Below, piece after piece: positions 19,210-29,189 of a stretch of DNA of 64,000 nt. The stretch lies in assembly GCA_963792585.1 (NCBI GenBank), contig CAWBWI010000001.1, positions 1,472,001 to 1,536,000 on the forward strand, written 5' to 3'. The stretch is from Candidatus Eiseniibacteriota bacterium. GTDB taxonomy: Bacteria > Eisenbacteria > RBG-16-71-46 > CAIMUX01 > VGJL01. Position 1 is the stretch's first letter. Every line of letters begins with the position of its first letter. The position numbers were made by a program, and so were the translations under genes. Under the pieces are notes generated by a model. The model worked only from the letters and a program-made list of their open reading frames with translations. It did not search any database and was not told where the DNA came from.

Positions 19210-19734
19210 TCACTTCTGGATCACGAAGTGGACGCGGCGGTTCTGAGCCATCGCACCCTCGTCGGTTCCCTGTGAGAACGGCCGCTCCTCGCCATAGCTG
19301 ATGGTGTTGAGTCGGCCCGCATCGACTCCGAACTGGACCAGATAGGATTTCACGCTCTGCGCGCGACGATCGCCGAGCGCGAGGTTGTACTCGACAGTGC
19401 CGCGCTCATCACAGTGCCCCTCGAGCAGAACGCGCGAGCCCGCGTTCTTCGACAGAATCTGGGCGTTGCGCTCCAGGACGCTCCGAGCGTCGTCACGGAG
19501 GTTCGCCTTGTCATAGTCGAAGAAGACGTCCTCGACCATCATTTCGGCTTGCGGTTCCACGGAAGGCGTCGACGGCTCCGTCGACTGCGGTGTCGCGGGC
19601 GTTTGGGTCGCCGGGGTCTTGGTGATATCGGTCGTCGCCTTCGGCTTCTTCGAGCAACCCGTGCACACGAGCACGCCGATCGCGGCGAGGATGACAAACA
19701 CCATGAAGTTCGTCCGCATCGTCTGACTTGGCAT
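19210..19734 (-). CDS. pal: Peptidoglycan-associated lipoprotein
   Basis: Lipobox CTGC; FFDYDK, EGHCDERGTVEYNLALGDRRA, SYGEERP, NRRV; start uncertain (19764 is an alternative). Confidence 0.95.
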   Translation of the reverse strand: MPSQTMRTNFMVFVILAAIGVLVCTGCSKKPKATTDITKTPATQTPATPQSTEPSTPSVEPQAEMMVEDVFFDYDKANLRDDARSVLERNAQILSKNAGSRVLLEGHCDERGTVEYNLALGDRRAQSVKSYLVQFGVDAGRLNTISYGEERPFSQGTDEGAMAQNRRVHFVIQK

Positions 19735-19760
19735 CGGCTTGCCCCTTTCAACTATTGTGG

Positions 19761-21071
19761 TCATTTGGATTCACTCCCTGAAATCCCCCATGGAGGGGAC
19801 CATGCCGGATTGTATTGAGCGCCGTTTCCGCCCGTCAAGGCGCGTTTGCCCGAACCGTCGCTCGCCATGATGAAGATACGACGCACGCCGCCCTGCTTCT
19901 GCGCGAACGCGATGTGGCGGCCGTCCGGAGCCCATCGCGGATTTTCGTGCATCGAGTCCCCCGGGGTGAGGCGTCGCACGTCGCTGCCGTCGGGACGCAT
20001 CGTGCAAAGATCGAAGACATTGTCGATCAGGGAGACATATGCGATCCGGTCCCCCTTCGGCGACCAATCGGCGCTGTCGTTCTGCTTGCCCGTGAACGAA
20101 AGCCTGCGCGTATTGCCGCCGTCGGCGTCCATTACGTAGATCTGCGGACTCCCCGCCCGGTCGCTCGTGAATGCGATCTGGCGCCCGTCCGGGCTGTAGG
20201 TCGGAGACGTATCGATTGCGGGGTTGTAGGTCAGACGCGTGAGATTGCCGCCGCCAGCATCGGCAACGTAGATCTCCGCGTTTCCATCCACGCTGCGCGT
20301 GAAGGCCACCCGGCGCCCATCGGGGGACCAGGCCGGTGAGGCGTTCATCCCGTCCTTCGGCGAGACGGTCCAGTAGCGGCCGTCCCGCAGCGAGAGCCCG
20401 ACCACCGTGCGCTGATTCGAAGCGAAGCTCGTGAAGGCGATCCGGTCCGCCGCCGGCGCCCACGACGGCGACAGGACGATCGTGCCCAAACGGGTCAACG
20501 GTCTCTCGTTCATCCCGTCGCAGTCGATCAGATGGATCTCCCGCGTCGCGCCATTGTCCCGAACGAAGGCGATCCTCGTTTGGGCGACCCCCTTCTCGCC
20601 GGTCAGATAGAGGACGATGTCGTCCGCGAACGCGTGCACCGCCCAACGATCCGGTGGATCCCCCAGCGGGTAATCGTTCTGGAAGATCCGGTTTCCGGAA
20701 GTCGCATCGCGAAGAAACCCGGTGAGCACCGGTCGTCCCCATGACGTACGGATCGCCCCGCCGGCGATCGCCCGCGTCCCGGCCGGAGCCCCCGGCCCGG
20801 GAGAGCCGCCGCCCGCGGCCGCGCCGTGGGTGATCGTGAAGAAGTCTGCATACTCGAGGTCTCGAACGAGGACGATCTCGGGACTCTCCGCCGCGCCGAA
20901 ACGAACCGGCGCGCGCCCACCGTCGTACGAGAAGTCCTCGACGTGGATCGGGATCTTGAAGAGCGCTCCGCTCTTGATCTCCATCTCGAATTCGCTCTGG
21001 GCCCCGGCGCCGGCGGCGGTGAGCAGCAGGAGGGCGAAGGAGAATGCGACCGAACGGGTCCGTTGCCTCAC
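19761..21071 (-). CDS. tolB: Tol-Pal beta-propeller protein TolB
   Basis: HAFADDIV..TGEKG..TRIAFV followed by PD40 repeats (SPAWSPDG, SPTYSPDG). Confidence 0.93.
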   Translation of the reverse strand: MRQRTRSVAFSFALLLLTAAGAGAQSEFEMEIKSGALFKIPIHVEDFSYDGGRAPVRFGAAESPEIVLVRDLEYADFFTITHGAAAGGGSPGPGAPAGTRAIAGGAIRTSWGRPVLTGFLRDATSGNRIFQNDYPLGDPPDRWAVHAFADDIVLYLTGEKGVAQTRIAFVRDNGATREIHLIDCDGMNERPLTRLGTIVLSPSWAPAADRIAFTSFASNQRTVVGLSLRDGRYWTVSPKDGMNASPAWSPDGRRVAFTRSVDGNAEIYVADAGGGNLTRLTYNPAIDTSPTYSPDGRQIAFTSDRAGSPQIYVMDADGGNTRRLSFTGKQNDSADWSPKGDRIAYVSLIDNVFDLCTMRPDGSDVRRLTPGDSMHENPRWAPDGRHIAFAQKQGGVRRIFIMASDGSGKRALTGGNGAQYNPAWSPPWGISGSESK

Positions 21072-21081
21072 GTGGGGGCTC

Positions 21082-21825
21082 CTATTCCTTGTAGACGAAC
21101 CGGAGGTGGATGCCGAGCCAATCCCCCATGTAGTCCTGCGGGAGCGGCGGGAGCGGATCGGCCAGCGCGATCGCGCGCAGGCCCGCCTGATCGAAGACGC
21201 CCGTGCCGGAAGGCTCCTCGACATAGCTCGACGTGACCTTTCCCTTGCGGTCGATCCGGAAGTTCACCATGGCGGCGACCTCCTTCCCCGATGCCACCAT
21301 CCCCGCGGGCGGGTCCCAGTTGTTGGCGACCTTGTCCCGGACCGTCATCAGATAGTAGGCATAGGGACCCAAGGGCCCGTCGACCGTCATCTCGAGACTG
21401 CCGCGTGCACCGCCCCCGAGCGCGACGTCGCCTCGTACCGATTCGGTCGTGTCTCCCTTCGCGGTCTCCCGGGCGAGTTTCGGCGGCTGTTCGACCGGCT
21501 TCTTCACCGGAATCGGGGTCGCCGCCTTGGTCGAAGGGGTCTTAGCCGGCTTCGGCGCGGCCTTCGCCGCCGGCTTCTCGGGTTTGGGGGCCGCAGGGGT
21601 CGATGCGCGCGCGCCGGCCCCCGATCGGATGGATCGAGGCTGCGCGATGCTCACGATGTGGACCGGGATCTCCACCGTCCTGCGGGGAGGACGGTGGTTC
21701 CCATTCGTTCGGATGCCGAGGGCGATCGCCGCAAGCAGGTGCACGGCCATCGCGAAGATCGCGGCGCGCCTGAGGAGCCTCGCGGAGAGGCGCTGGTGCT
21801 CGCGCCAGCGATCCGCGGTCCCCAT
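21082..21825 (-). CDS. TolA/TonB-family energy transducer
   Basis: N-terminal TM with His (AVHLL), Pro/Lys/Ala linker, TonB_C domain (FRIDRKG..SGTGVFDQAGLRAI..PLPPLP). Confidence 0.88.
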   Translation of the reverse strand: MGTADRWREHQRLSARLLRRAAIFAMAVHLLAAIALGIRTNGNHRPPRRTVEIPVHIVSIAQPRSIRSGAGARASTPAAPKPEKPAAKAAPKPAKTPSTKAATPIPVKKPVEQPPKLARETAKGDTTESVRGDVALGGGARGSLEMTVDGPLGPYAYYLMTVRDKVANNWDPPAGMVASGKEVAAMVNFRIDRKGKVTSSYVEEPSGTGVFDQAGLRAIALADPLPPLPQDYMGDWLGIHLRFVYKE

Positions 21826-21890
21826 GAATGGGGGCGGCCACGATCCACTCCCTCGATACCCCAAGAGGTTCCCTCCTCCGGCCTGTTGCC

Positions 21891-23621
21891 CTACCCGCTC
21901 CCGCCGTCCCCGGTTCCCGCAACTCCACCTTCCGTGGGCGCCGCCCCGTGTCGGAGGCGGCTGAACAGCATCGCAACCTCCTGAGCGCGGACCTCTGCGA
22001 AATCCCCGCGAGGCGTGGAGGCATAGGCCAAGGGCCCATCCCTCTCGATGCGAATCGCCGCCTCGACGGCGAGGTCGGGCAACATCGCGGGCTCGCTCCG
22101 TCGTTCGATCCACTCGATGAGGATCGAAGCCAGCGTGTGCACCTGGGCCGTCGTCACCAAGGCCAGGCTGGCGCCGAGATCGCACTCGCTCCTACCGACC
22201 AGGACGGTGTTCATTCCGCCGGCGCGGACGCGCACAGAAGCCGATCGTAGCGCATGGAGGGGTATCTCGCGGCTGCCCTTCGGCCAGACGGCGGGAGGCG
22301 CGGTGGATTGCGGCCCCATCTCCGCGCGAATCGCGGCCACCTGGTTGGTGGCGTCGACGGGTCGATAGCCATCCATCAGGATGACCGAATCGGCCACCCG
22401 AAACGCCTCGCCGCTGCCCCCGACCACGAGCACCGTCGAAACGCCCATACGCTCACGCATCTCGCGCACCCGCGACAGGAGCGGCACGATCGGTTCCTGC
22501 TCCGGCCGCAGGAGGCGGGCCATCCAGGGATCGCGCAGGAGGAAGTTGGTCGCGGAGGTATCCTCGTCGATCAGCAGACAGCGGGAGCCCGCCTCGACGG
22601 CCTCGAGAATCGACGCGGCCTGCGATGTCGAACCGCTCGCATTGTTCGTGACGAACTCGCGTCCGTCCCGCCCGTCAGGCAGCGCCCCGACGAACGGCCG
22701 GAGATCGACGCCGAGAATCGCGCGCCCGTCCTCGGCGCGGACCGCCATCGCCGTCGGCTCGGTCGCGATCCTCTCGCGCCCGTCGCCGGGGATGTGTGGG
22801 TGGACCGCGACTCCGAGGGCACGGAGCAAGCTCGACTTGCCGTGGAAGCCCCCGCCGCAGAGAAGTGTGACCCCTTCGCGGATCGCGAGACCCCGCAATC
22901 GTCCCGCATGCGGCAGGACGACCTCCGCGGCGGCTCCGGCCGGGGCGACCAAGGGAACGCAGCTCTCGCCGAGCGGCAGATCCTCATCGCCCGATCTGCG
23001 CGCCGGGCGCGAACCGTCGGCCGCGAAAGCGACCCAGCCACGGGTGCGTAGGATGCGGGTCAGCGCGGCGTGATCCTCCGCGCCGGCCTGGTGACGCGCA
23101 AGGGCGGCGGCATCCCAGGAGCCGAGGAGCAGGACTTCACGGACGAGGCGTGGAAGCCCAACCGCGAGGGCCGCGGCCGCGCGCCTGCCTTCGATCCTAC
23201 GTCCTCGCCCCGGCATGTCGGCAAAGAGGAGCACCTCGACTGCATCCGGAGTGAGTCGAAGGGCGCTGCGGCGGAGGATCTGCTGGGGGGCCGGATCGAT
23301 TCGTACGATCTCCCCGGTCTCGGCATCTCCTTTCAGCCAGCGTTCCACCCCTCGCGCAAGGAAATCCCCGGCTGCCATGAGGCCAGGGCCGGACATCCCT
23401 TGAAGGTCGATCCCCACGGCAGCCGGGGGGATTCGGACCCGCAACCGGGACGCAGGAGCAAATGGGTCCGGCTGGATATGGAGGATGTCGAGCGAGAAGA
23501 GCCCCAGCGGATGGGTTCCCCGCAAAGTCCGATAGGCCGGATACGGGGCCCCATCGAGGGATCGCAAGCGGTCGAACAGCCCGTGTTCCCCCGCGCCGTC
23601 CCCTGCGCGCGCCCTCACCAT
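21891..23621 (-). CDS. ABC-class ATPase domain protein (COG3044 type)
   Basis: IQPDPFAPAS, Walker A GGGFHGKS, NASGSTSQAA, LIDEDTSATNF. Confidence 0.88.
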   Translation of the reverse strand: MVRARAGDGAGEHGLFDRLRSLDGAPYPAYRTLRGTHPLGLFSLDILHIQPDPFAPASRLRVRIPPAAVGIDLQGMSGPGLMAAGDFLARGVERWLKGDAETGEIVRIDPAPQQILRRSALRLTPDAVEVLLFADMPGRGRRIEGRRAAAALAVGLPRLVREVLLLGSWDAAALARHQAGAEDHAALTRILRTRGWVAFAADGSRPARRSGDEDLPLGESCVPLVAPAGAAAEVVLPHAGRLRGLAIREGVTLLCGGGFHGKSSLLRALGVAVHPHIPGDGRERIATEPTAMAVRAEDGRAILGVDLRPFVGALPDGRDGREFVTNNASGSTSQAASILEAVEAGSRCLLIDEDTSATNFLLRDPWMARLLRPEQEPIVPLLSRVREMRERMGVSTVLVVGGSGEAFRVADSVILMDGYRPVDATNQVAAIRAEMGPQSTAPPAVWPKGSREIPLHALRSASVRVRAGGMNTVLVGRSECDLGASLALVTTAQVHTLASILIEWIERRSEPAMLPDLAVEAAIRIERDGPLAYASTPRGDFAEVRAQEVAMLFSRLRHGAAPTEGGVAGTGDGGSG

Positions 23622-23825
23622 GCTCGTCGGTATCCTCCTGCCCTCGGTGTTGCATTCTGCGTCACCGGACGGCCCCTGTCCAAGCGGTTCCCGCCGGGAG
23701 TGACGGGGCCCAGCCTGGTCTGGGAGGAACAAATGCAGTATACTTGCTTGTGAACTCCATGATCCGAGGCCTGGAATGGAGAACCTCCCGGGCCTTGCAG
23801 CTACCCACCCAAGAGGGAGGCAGAG

Positions 23826-26132
23826 ATGCGGTTTCGTCATACTCCGGTGGCGGGATTCTTATCAATTCTCGTCCTCGTGGCCGCAGGGAGCGCGCTTGCA
23901 CTGAAGACGCCCTCGCGGGAGGCGACCAGCCCGAGACAGACTCCGCCCGAGCTTTACGAGGCCATGGAGGAAGTCGATGTCGTGGCCGACGGCACCGTGA
24001 ACCGGCAGAGCGGCGGCCTAGCCACGCTACTCAACCAGAATGCCGGCCCCTTCGAGGGGGGAGCGGAGCTGGCCGCGAGGACGTACCTCGCCAACCGCGC
24101 GGGAAGCTTCGCGCTGAGTCGGGCGGGCACCGATCTCCGCCTCGACGAGATCCGTGAAGCCCCGGGCGGTATCCACACGCGCTTCCACCAGACCGTGAAC
24201 GGAATCCCCGTCTGGCGGGCAGAGGTGACGGTCGCTCTCGACGCGGCGGGCCGATGGGTCCGCGCGGTCAACTCCTCCTACGATCCAATTCTTGCGCACG
24301 CCTCGGTTCCGGGAATCGCCTCGATTTCGGAGGCTGTCGCCCGCGAAGTCGCGGTCGCGGCCGTCGGCATCGCGGCCGACGCGCGGTGGATCGATCAACC
24401 CCAAGCCGAACTGTGGGTGCTTCGCAGCGCCGATCGGATCGGCTCCCCGGCCCGCCTTGCGTGGCGCGAGGTGCTCGTGGTCGAGCGACCGATGGGTTCC
24501 TGGGAGGTCTTCGTGGATGCGGTGGACGGAAACGTCTTGCGCCTCCGCGACCAAGCCGCCTACATCGATGGCAGCGGTTTCGCCTACGACCCCGATCCTC
24601 TCACCACCGCGCAGGTCGCCTACGGCGGCAACTACTCGGACCCGAGCGGGAACGACGCGGACACCGCCGAGCTCAACGCCCAGCGCTTTGTCCGTCCCCT
24701 GAGGGACATCACGCTCATCGGCGGTCTTTACAACTTGCGGGGCCCCTGGGTCTACCTGGAGGACTTCGAGTCGCCGACGAGCGCGCCGGTCACCAATGCG
24801 GACCCGAACGGATTCATGTACACGCGCAACGCGCAAGGCTTCGAGGACGTCAACGCCTACTTCCACATCGACCAGAGTCAGCGCTACATGCAGGCGCTCG
24901 GCTTCAACACGATCCAGCATGCCCCGATTCACGTCGACCCGCACGGACTCTCGGGCCAGGACAACAGCCACTATCTGCCCGGCGCAAACAAGATCGCCTG
25001 GGGAGAAGGCGGCGTGGACGATGCCGAGGATGCCGACGTCCTGCTCCATGAGTATGGCCATGCCATCCAGAGCAGCATCGTGCCCGGCTGGGGCGGAAAC
25101 ACCCAGGAGCGGTCGATGGGCGAAGGGTTCGGCGACTACTGGGCCTGCAGTTACTCGGCGAGCATCTCGTCCTTCAACGACTACTGGGTCTTCAACTGGG
25201 ACGGCCACAACCCGTTCTGGTCGGGACGTGTGGTGAACTCGACTCAGGGCTACAACAACCTGAACAGTGACATCTACCACGACGGAACGATCTGGGCTTC
25301 GTGCTGGTGGCTGATCCGCGGCGAGATGGGAAGGACGGTCTCGGACACGGACATCCTGAAGATGCATTTCTACATGAACACGTCCAACACGATGCAGCAG
25401 GCGGCGGCGTTCGCGATGCAGGCGGACAAGGATCTATACGGCGGGCTGCACGCCGGGACCCTCGACTACTACTTCACCCTCCGTAATTTCTTCACGGCAA
25501 CACAGTTCGATGTGCCGGTGCTCACGCACACCGCGCTTGGCGACCAGACCACCGGCGGCCCCTACCCGCTCACGGTCACCGTCGCATCGACCAGCGCGAT
25601 CGTCGCCAACAGCGTCAAGGTCAAGTTCGGCACGGGCGGCGCTTTCGACCAGGAAGTCGTGCTCGCCCCGACGGGAAACGCGAACGAGTGGGGGGGGGCG
25701 ATTCCGGGGCAGGGCGGCAACGTAGATGTCCGCTACTACATTCAGGCGGACAACGCCGCCACATGGCGCGGCGCGACGCCGCGCGGGGCCGAGTTCCGTT
25801 ACAACCAGTTCCACGTTGGGCCCCTCGCACAGGTCGAGGAGCTGGGAGGCATCCGGTCGCTGGCCCTCCTCGCCAACGAGCCGAATCCATTCAACCCGAT
25901 GACGAAGGTCCGATTCGATCTGCCCGCGAGCGGTCCCGTCCGCCTCTCGGTGATCGATCTGCAGGGCCGAGCCACCCGTTCGCTCGCGGACGGAAACCTC
26001 GTCGCGGGCCGGCACGCGTATGTCTGGGATGGACGTGACGATGCCGGTCGCGCGATGCCGTCGGGGCTCTACTTCATCCGTCTCGAGGCGCAGGGCAGAT
26101 CGCTCTCACGCAAGATCCTGATGACGAAGTAG
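23826..26132 (+). CDS. Secreted M36/M4-like zinc metalloendopeptidase with propeptide and FlgD-Ig-like C-terminal domain
   Basis: Signal peptide, FTP/PepSY-like prodomain, HEYGH..MGEGFGDY, tail NEPNPFNP..WDGRDDAGRAMPSGLYFIRL. Confidence 0.88.
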   Translation: MRFRHTPVAGFLSILVLVAAGSALALKTPSREATSPRQTPPELYEAMEEVDVVADGTVNRQSGGLATLLNQNAGPFEGGAELAARTYLANRAGSFALSRAGTDLRLDEIREAPGGIHTRFHQTVNGIPVWRAEVTVALDAAGRWVRAVNSSYDPILAHASVPGIASISEAVAREVAVAAVGIAADARWIDQPQAELWVLRSADRIGSPARLAWREVLVVERPMGSWEVFVDAVDGNVLRLRDQAAYIDGSGFAYDPDPLTTAQVAYGGNYSDPSGNDADTAELNAQRFVRPLRDITLIGGLYNLRGPWVYLEDFESPTSAPVTNADPNGFMYTRNAQGFEDVNAYFHIDQSQRYMQALGFNTIQHAPIHVDPHGLSGQDNSHYLPGANKIAWGEGGVDDAEDADVLLHEYGHAIQSSIVPGWGGNTQERSMGEGFGDYWACSYSASISSFNDYWVFNWDGHNPFWSGRVVNSTQGYNNLNSDIYHDGTIWASCWWLIRGEMGRTVSDTDILKMHFYMNTSNTMQQAAAFAMQADKDLYGGLHAGTLDYYFTLRNFFTATQFDVPVLTHTALGDQTTGGPYPLTVTVASTSAIVANSVKVKFGTGGAFDQEVVLAPTGNANEWGGAIPGQGGNVDVRYYIQADNAATWRGATPRGAEFRYNQFHVGPLAQVEELGGIRSLALLANEPNPFNPMTKVRFDLPASGPVRLSVIDLQGRATRSLADGNLVAGRHAYVWDGRDDAGRAMPSGLYFIRLEAQGRSLSRKILMTK

Positions 26133-26157
26133 AGAGACGCCACTACGGTTCAGCAGT

Positions 26158-26190
26158 GAAGCGCGCTCGGGCGACTCCCGGGCGCGCTTC
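26158..26190. terminator. Hairpin between convergent genes, probable terminator
   Basis: GAAGCGCGCTCGGG-cgact-CCCGGGCGCGCTTC, 14-bp stem; weak U-tract. Confidence 0.6.
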
Positions 26191-26273
26191 GTCATTTCAG
26201 GACCGCTGTGGCTGGAACGATCGACGCGCCGTAAGCGCCCCGCGTCCCCGCGCGGGCGGGACTCTATCCCAGG

Positions 26274-26768
26274 TTATCGAAACAGCATCCTGAGACGACC
26301 CCACGATGGGAGCGAAACCACGGGCTCCCCCTCCGGAGCGGATGCCGGATCGAGTATCTCGAATCGGTCCTGGACCATGAAGACGGGAGGGGCATCGTTG
26401 AAGACGAACCAGATGCGCATGATGTACTCCCCCGGTGGCACGAGACCAAAGTCGCAGTCCATCTGGTCCCAGGAGAGGCGCACATACGAATGCGCGCCGA
26501 GGTGGAACTCCCATGGGAGTCCGGCCTGACAGACCATCTCATTGGTGCCAGCATCGATGATCTCGTAGGGCGGGTGGTTGCCCGCCACGACCGTGGAATC
26601 CGTGTCGTTCGTCCAGATCGCGAAAACCGAGTCGGCCGGCGCGTAGAAGTCAGCGGAACACTCCAGGGTCACGTTGAAGCCAGGACTCCCATCCATTGCT
26701 CCCACGGGAGCAGGAACGGATATCAGGAGAGCCGACGCGAGAACGAGCGATCCAATTGCGCTCTTCAT
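26274..26768 (-). CDS. Secreted Ig-like protein with C-terminal SWGRLRMLFR motif
   Basis: Signal peptide, beta-rich domain, terminal motif shared with the neighbouring gene; SD GGAGG. Confidence 0.8.
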   Translation of the reverse strand: MKSAIGSLVLASALLISVPAPVGAMDGSPGFNVTLECSADFYAPADSVFAIWTNDTDSTVVAGNHPPYEIIDAGTNEMVCQAGLPWEFHLGAHSYVRLSWDQMDCDFGLVPPGEYIMRIWFVFNDAPPVFMVQDRFEILDPASAPEGEPVVSLPSWGRLRMLFR

Positions 26769-26852
26769 TGTCCTTCCTCCATTCCAAGGCAACCGGCCGG
26801 CCACCGACTGCAGCCTCCTGCACATCCCCTGCAGGCGAGCTCGCCCGAGCAT

Positions 26853-27596
26853 CTATCGATACAGTCCCCGAATCGAACCCCAGGTCGACGGCCGCACCGG
26901 CACGGTTCCACAATAGCCTCCGAGCTCCAGCGATGCGTCATTGGTGGGGACACCCGTAACCTCCGTGAGTGTGGTCCACTCCGGGAAGCTGAAGTACTCG
27001 CTGCGGAAATAGGACTCGCAGCCTTGCGTATCGACGGCCTCCATGCGTCCCCATTGCCCTGGGAAGGGGTGGTCCGCCGCCTGGACGGTGAGCCAGTATC
27101 GAACCCCTCCATCCAAGGAGATCTCGATCGGTTGGTCATAGCGGAAGTCCGTCTCGTAATCGTTGGGATCCCCGCCGAGGTCGGTTTGGTTCGGGATCAG
27201 ATCGAGGTAGACCGCGATCGGTTCTCCCACGGGCACACACACATCGGGGCTTGGATCCTCCGCGTAGAAGATGAGATTGAACACGGTGGAGATCGGATCG
27301 CCCGGGATCCATCCATACTGGCCTCCCCACCAGGTGATCGAGGTGATCACCACACCGCCGTCGCAATCGATGACGAAATCCCCGGCAACCTCCGTGACGA
27401 GACCGAAATCGTTGATGATCTCCGAAGAGATTTTGTTCCCATCGAGCAGGCCCGGCTGGCTCCAGAGGACGTCCCGGCCGCCCTGCGCGGGCACGCCGTG
27501 GCCGCTGCCCGCGTGGAAAGCCACGGGATTCGCGGCAAGCGCCGAACCGGAAGCGATGATCAGTGTGAGGAGCAGACAAATCGAAGTGCGACGCAT
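26853..27596 (-). CDS. Secreted acidic protein with C-terminal TWGSIRGLYR motif
   Basis: Signal peptide, acidic beta-rich body, ends TVPVRPSTWGSIRGLYR. Confidence 0.82.
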   Translation of the reverse strand: MRRTSICLLLTLIIASGSALAANPVAFHAGSGHGVPAQGGRDVLWSQPGLLDGNKISSEIINDFGLVTEVAGDFVIDCDGGVVITSITWWGGQYGWIPGDPISTVFNLIFYAEDPSPDVCVPVGEPIAVYLDLIPNQTDLGGDPNDYETDFRYDQPIEISLDGGVRYWLTVQAADHPFPGQWGRMEAVDTQGCESYFRSEYFSFPEWTTLTEVTGVPTNDASLELGGYCGTVPVRPSTWGSIRGLYR

Positions 27597-27702
27597 CCAA
27601 CACCCCCGTGAGACTTGAGCGCATCGAGTCCGTATCGCTGTGAGCAAAGAAAGTGTACGCCGCGAGGGCTTAGGCTTCAATCGTACCGATCATGGGCGAA
27701 CG

Positions 27703-29091
27703 TCAGTCGAAGATGTTCCCCGGCGCAAGGATTCCGGCCGGGTCGAGGGTCCGCTTGACCGCCCGCATCGCGTCGACCACCCAGTCGGGGTACTGGTAGC
27801 GGACGTACTCCCGCTTGACCTTTCCGACGCCGTGCTCGGCGGTCACGGTCCCGCCACGCTCCACCGCCAGGAGGGCCATACGGTGCGTCGCGTCGCGGGC
27901 GCGATCGAGCGCCCCCGCATCCTCGGCGAGCAGGTTGAAATGCGGATGCCCGTTTCCGACATGGCCGTAGCGGATGAAGAACCCGCCGAACACGTCCTGC
28001 GCGATCTTCGTGGCGTCCTCTATGGTCCGGGGCATCGCGTCGAGGGGAACCGCCCAATCGGTGCTCAACTTGCGCCCGCCGTTCTCCCGCGCGCGCACTC
28101 CCCGCTCGTTCATCGTGGCGGGCAGGGCATGTCGGAGCGTGCGCAGCTCCGTCTGCCTCGCATCGGCGGAGGCGACGATCGTATCGTTGACGAGCGCATC
28201 GCACGATTGAAGGAACTCGTACCAGCCTTCGAGACCTTCGTCCTCCTTCCCGGGCTCGCATTCCTGCTCGAAGTAGATCGCCGCCCGGGCGGCCGCCGGA
28301 ATGTTCAAGCGCCCCGCATCGGGCCGGATGATGTCGAGCGAACCCTCATCGAACAGCTCCAGGCAACGCGGCGCGATCCGCCCCGCCCTTCGTCCCCCAT
28401 CTGCGGCGAGAACGAAGCGGAGCGCGGCATCGAGTGAAGGAAAGAATCCCATGCCGGCGAAGAAGGCGGGCGGGGCAGGGAGCAGATCCAAGGTGACCTG
28501 CGTGACGATCCCGAGGGTGCCCTCGCTGCCGACGATCAGGTCGACCGGATCCTGGAAGCCGAAGTAGCCGGTCGTGTTCTTCGTCGATGCGCTGCGCGCA
28601 ATCTCGCTCACGCGTCCGTCCCCGAAGACCACGCGCAGGGCGCGCACGTACGGGCGGGTCGGTCCGTACCGGTAGGTTCGGGCGCCGCTTGCGTTCGCCA
28701 ACACGCTGCCACCGACGGAGCACTCGTTCTCGCTCGTGGGGTCGGGCGGATAGAAGAATCCTGTGCCGATCAACGCCTTCTTGAACTCGCCCAGGTTCAC
28801 GCCCGGCTCGAGGACCGCGCGGCCGCGCCGGGCGTCGATGTCCAGAATCCGCCCCATCCGTTCGAGGTTCAGCGCGACGCCCCCGAAGGCGAGCGGCCCG
28901 CCGACGGTGCTCGACCGGAGACCCTGCGCCGTCACCGGGATCGAGTGCGCGCAGCAGTGGCGGACGATTTCGACGACCTCGGCTTCGTTTTCCGGTCGCG
29001 CGACGGCGTCGGGCATTCCGATCAGGCCCGACGCGTCCTCCGAATAGGCTCGACGAATCTCAGGGTCGGTGGTCCAGAGTCGATGATCCAC
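27703..29091 (-). CDS. FAD-binding oxidoreductase (GlcD/D-lactate dehydrogenase-like)
   Basis: YPPDPTS, NASGARTYRYG, GSEGTLGI, GHVGNGHPH, AEHGVG..LDPAGILAPG. Confidence 0.92.
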   Translation of the reverse strand: MDHRLWTTDPEIRRAYSEDASGLIGMPDAVARPENEAEVVEIVRHCCAHSIPVTAQGLRSSTVGGPLAFGGVALNLERMGRILDIDARRGRAVLEPGVNLGEFKKALIGTGFFYPPDPTSENECSVGGSVLANASGARTYRYGPTRPYVRALRVVFGDGRVSEIARSASTKNTTGYFGFQDPVDLIVGSEGTLGIVTQVTLDLLPAPPAFFAGMGFFPSLDAALRFVLAADGGRRAGRIAPRCLELFDEGSLDIIRPDAGRLNIPAAARAAIYFEQECEPGKEDEGLEGWYEFLQSCDALVNDTIVASADARQTELRTLRHALPATMNERGVRARENGGRKLSTDWAVPLDAMPRTIEDATKIAQDVFGGFFIRYGHVGNGHPHFNLLAEDAGALDRARDATHRMALLAVERGGTVTAEHGVGKVKREYVRYQYPDWVVDAMRAVKRTLDPAGILAPGNIFD

Positions 29092-29189
29092 GTATCTCCC
29101 TCCCTCGGGAGAGGATACATCGATTCGTCCGCAGGGTGGACAGGAGGGTGGGTCACCCATAGACTCTTCGGCGAGCTACGGGAGGGCGC

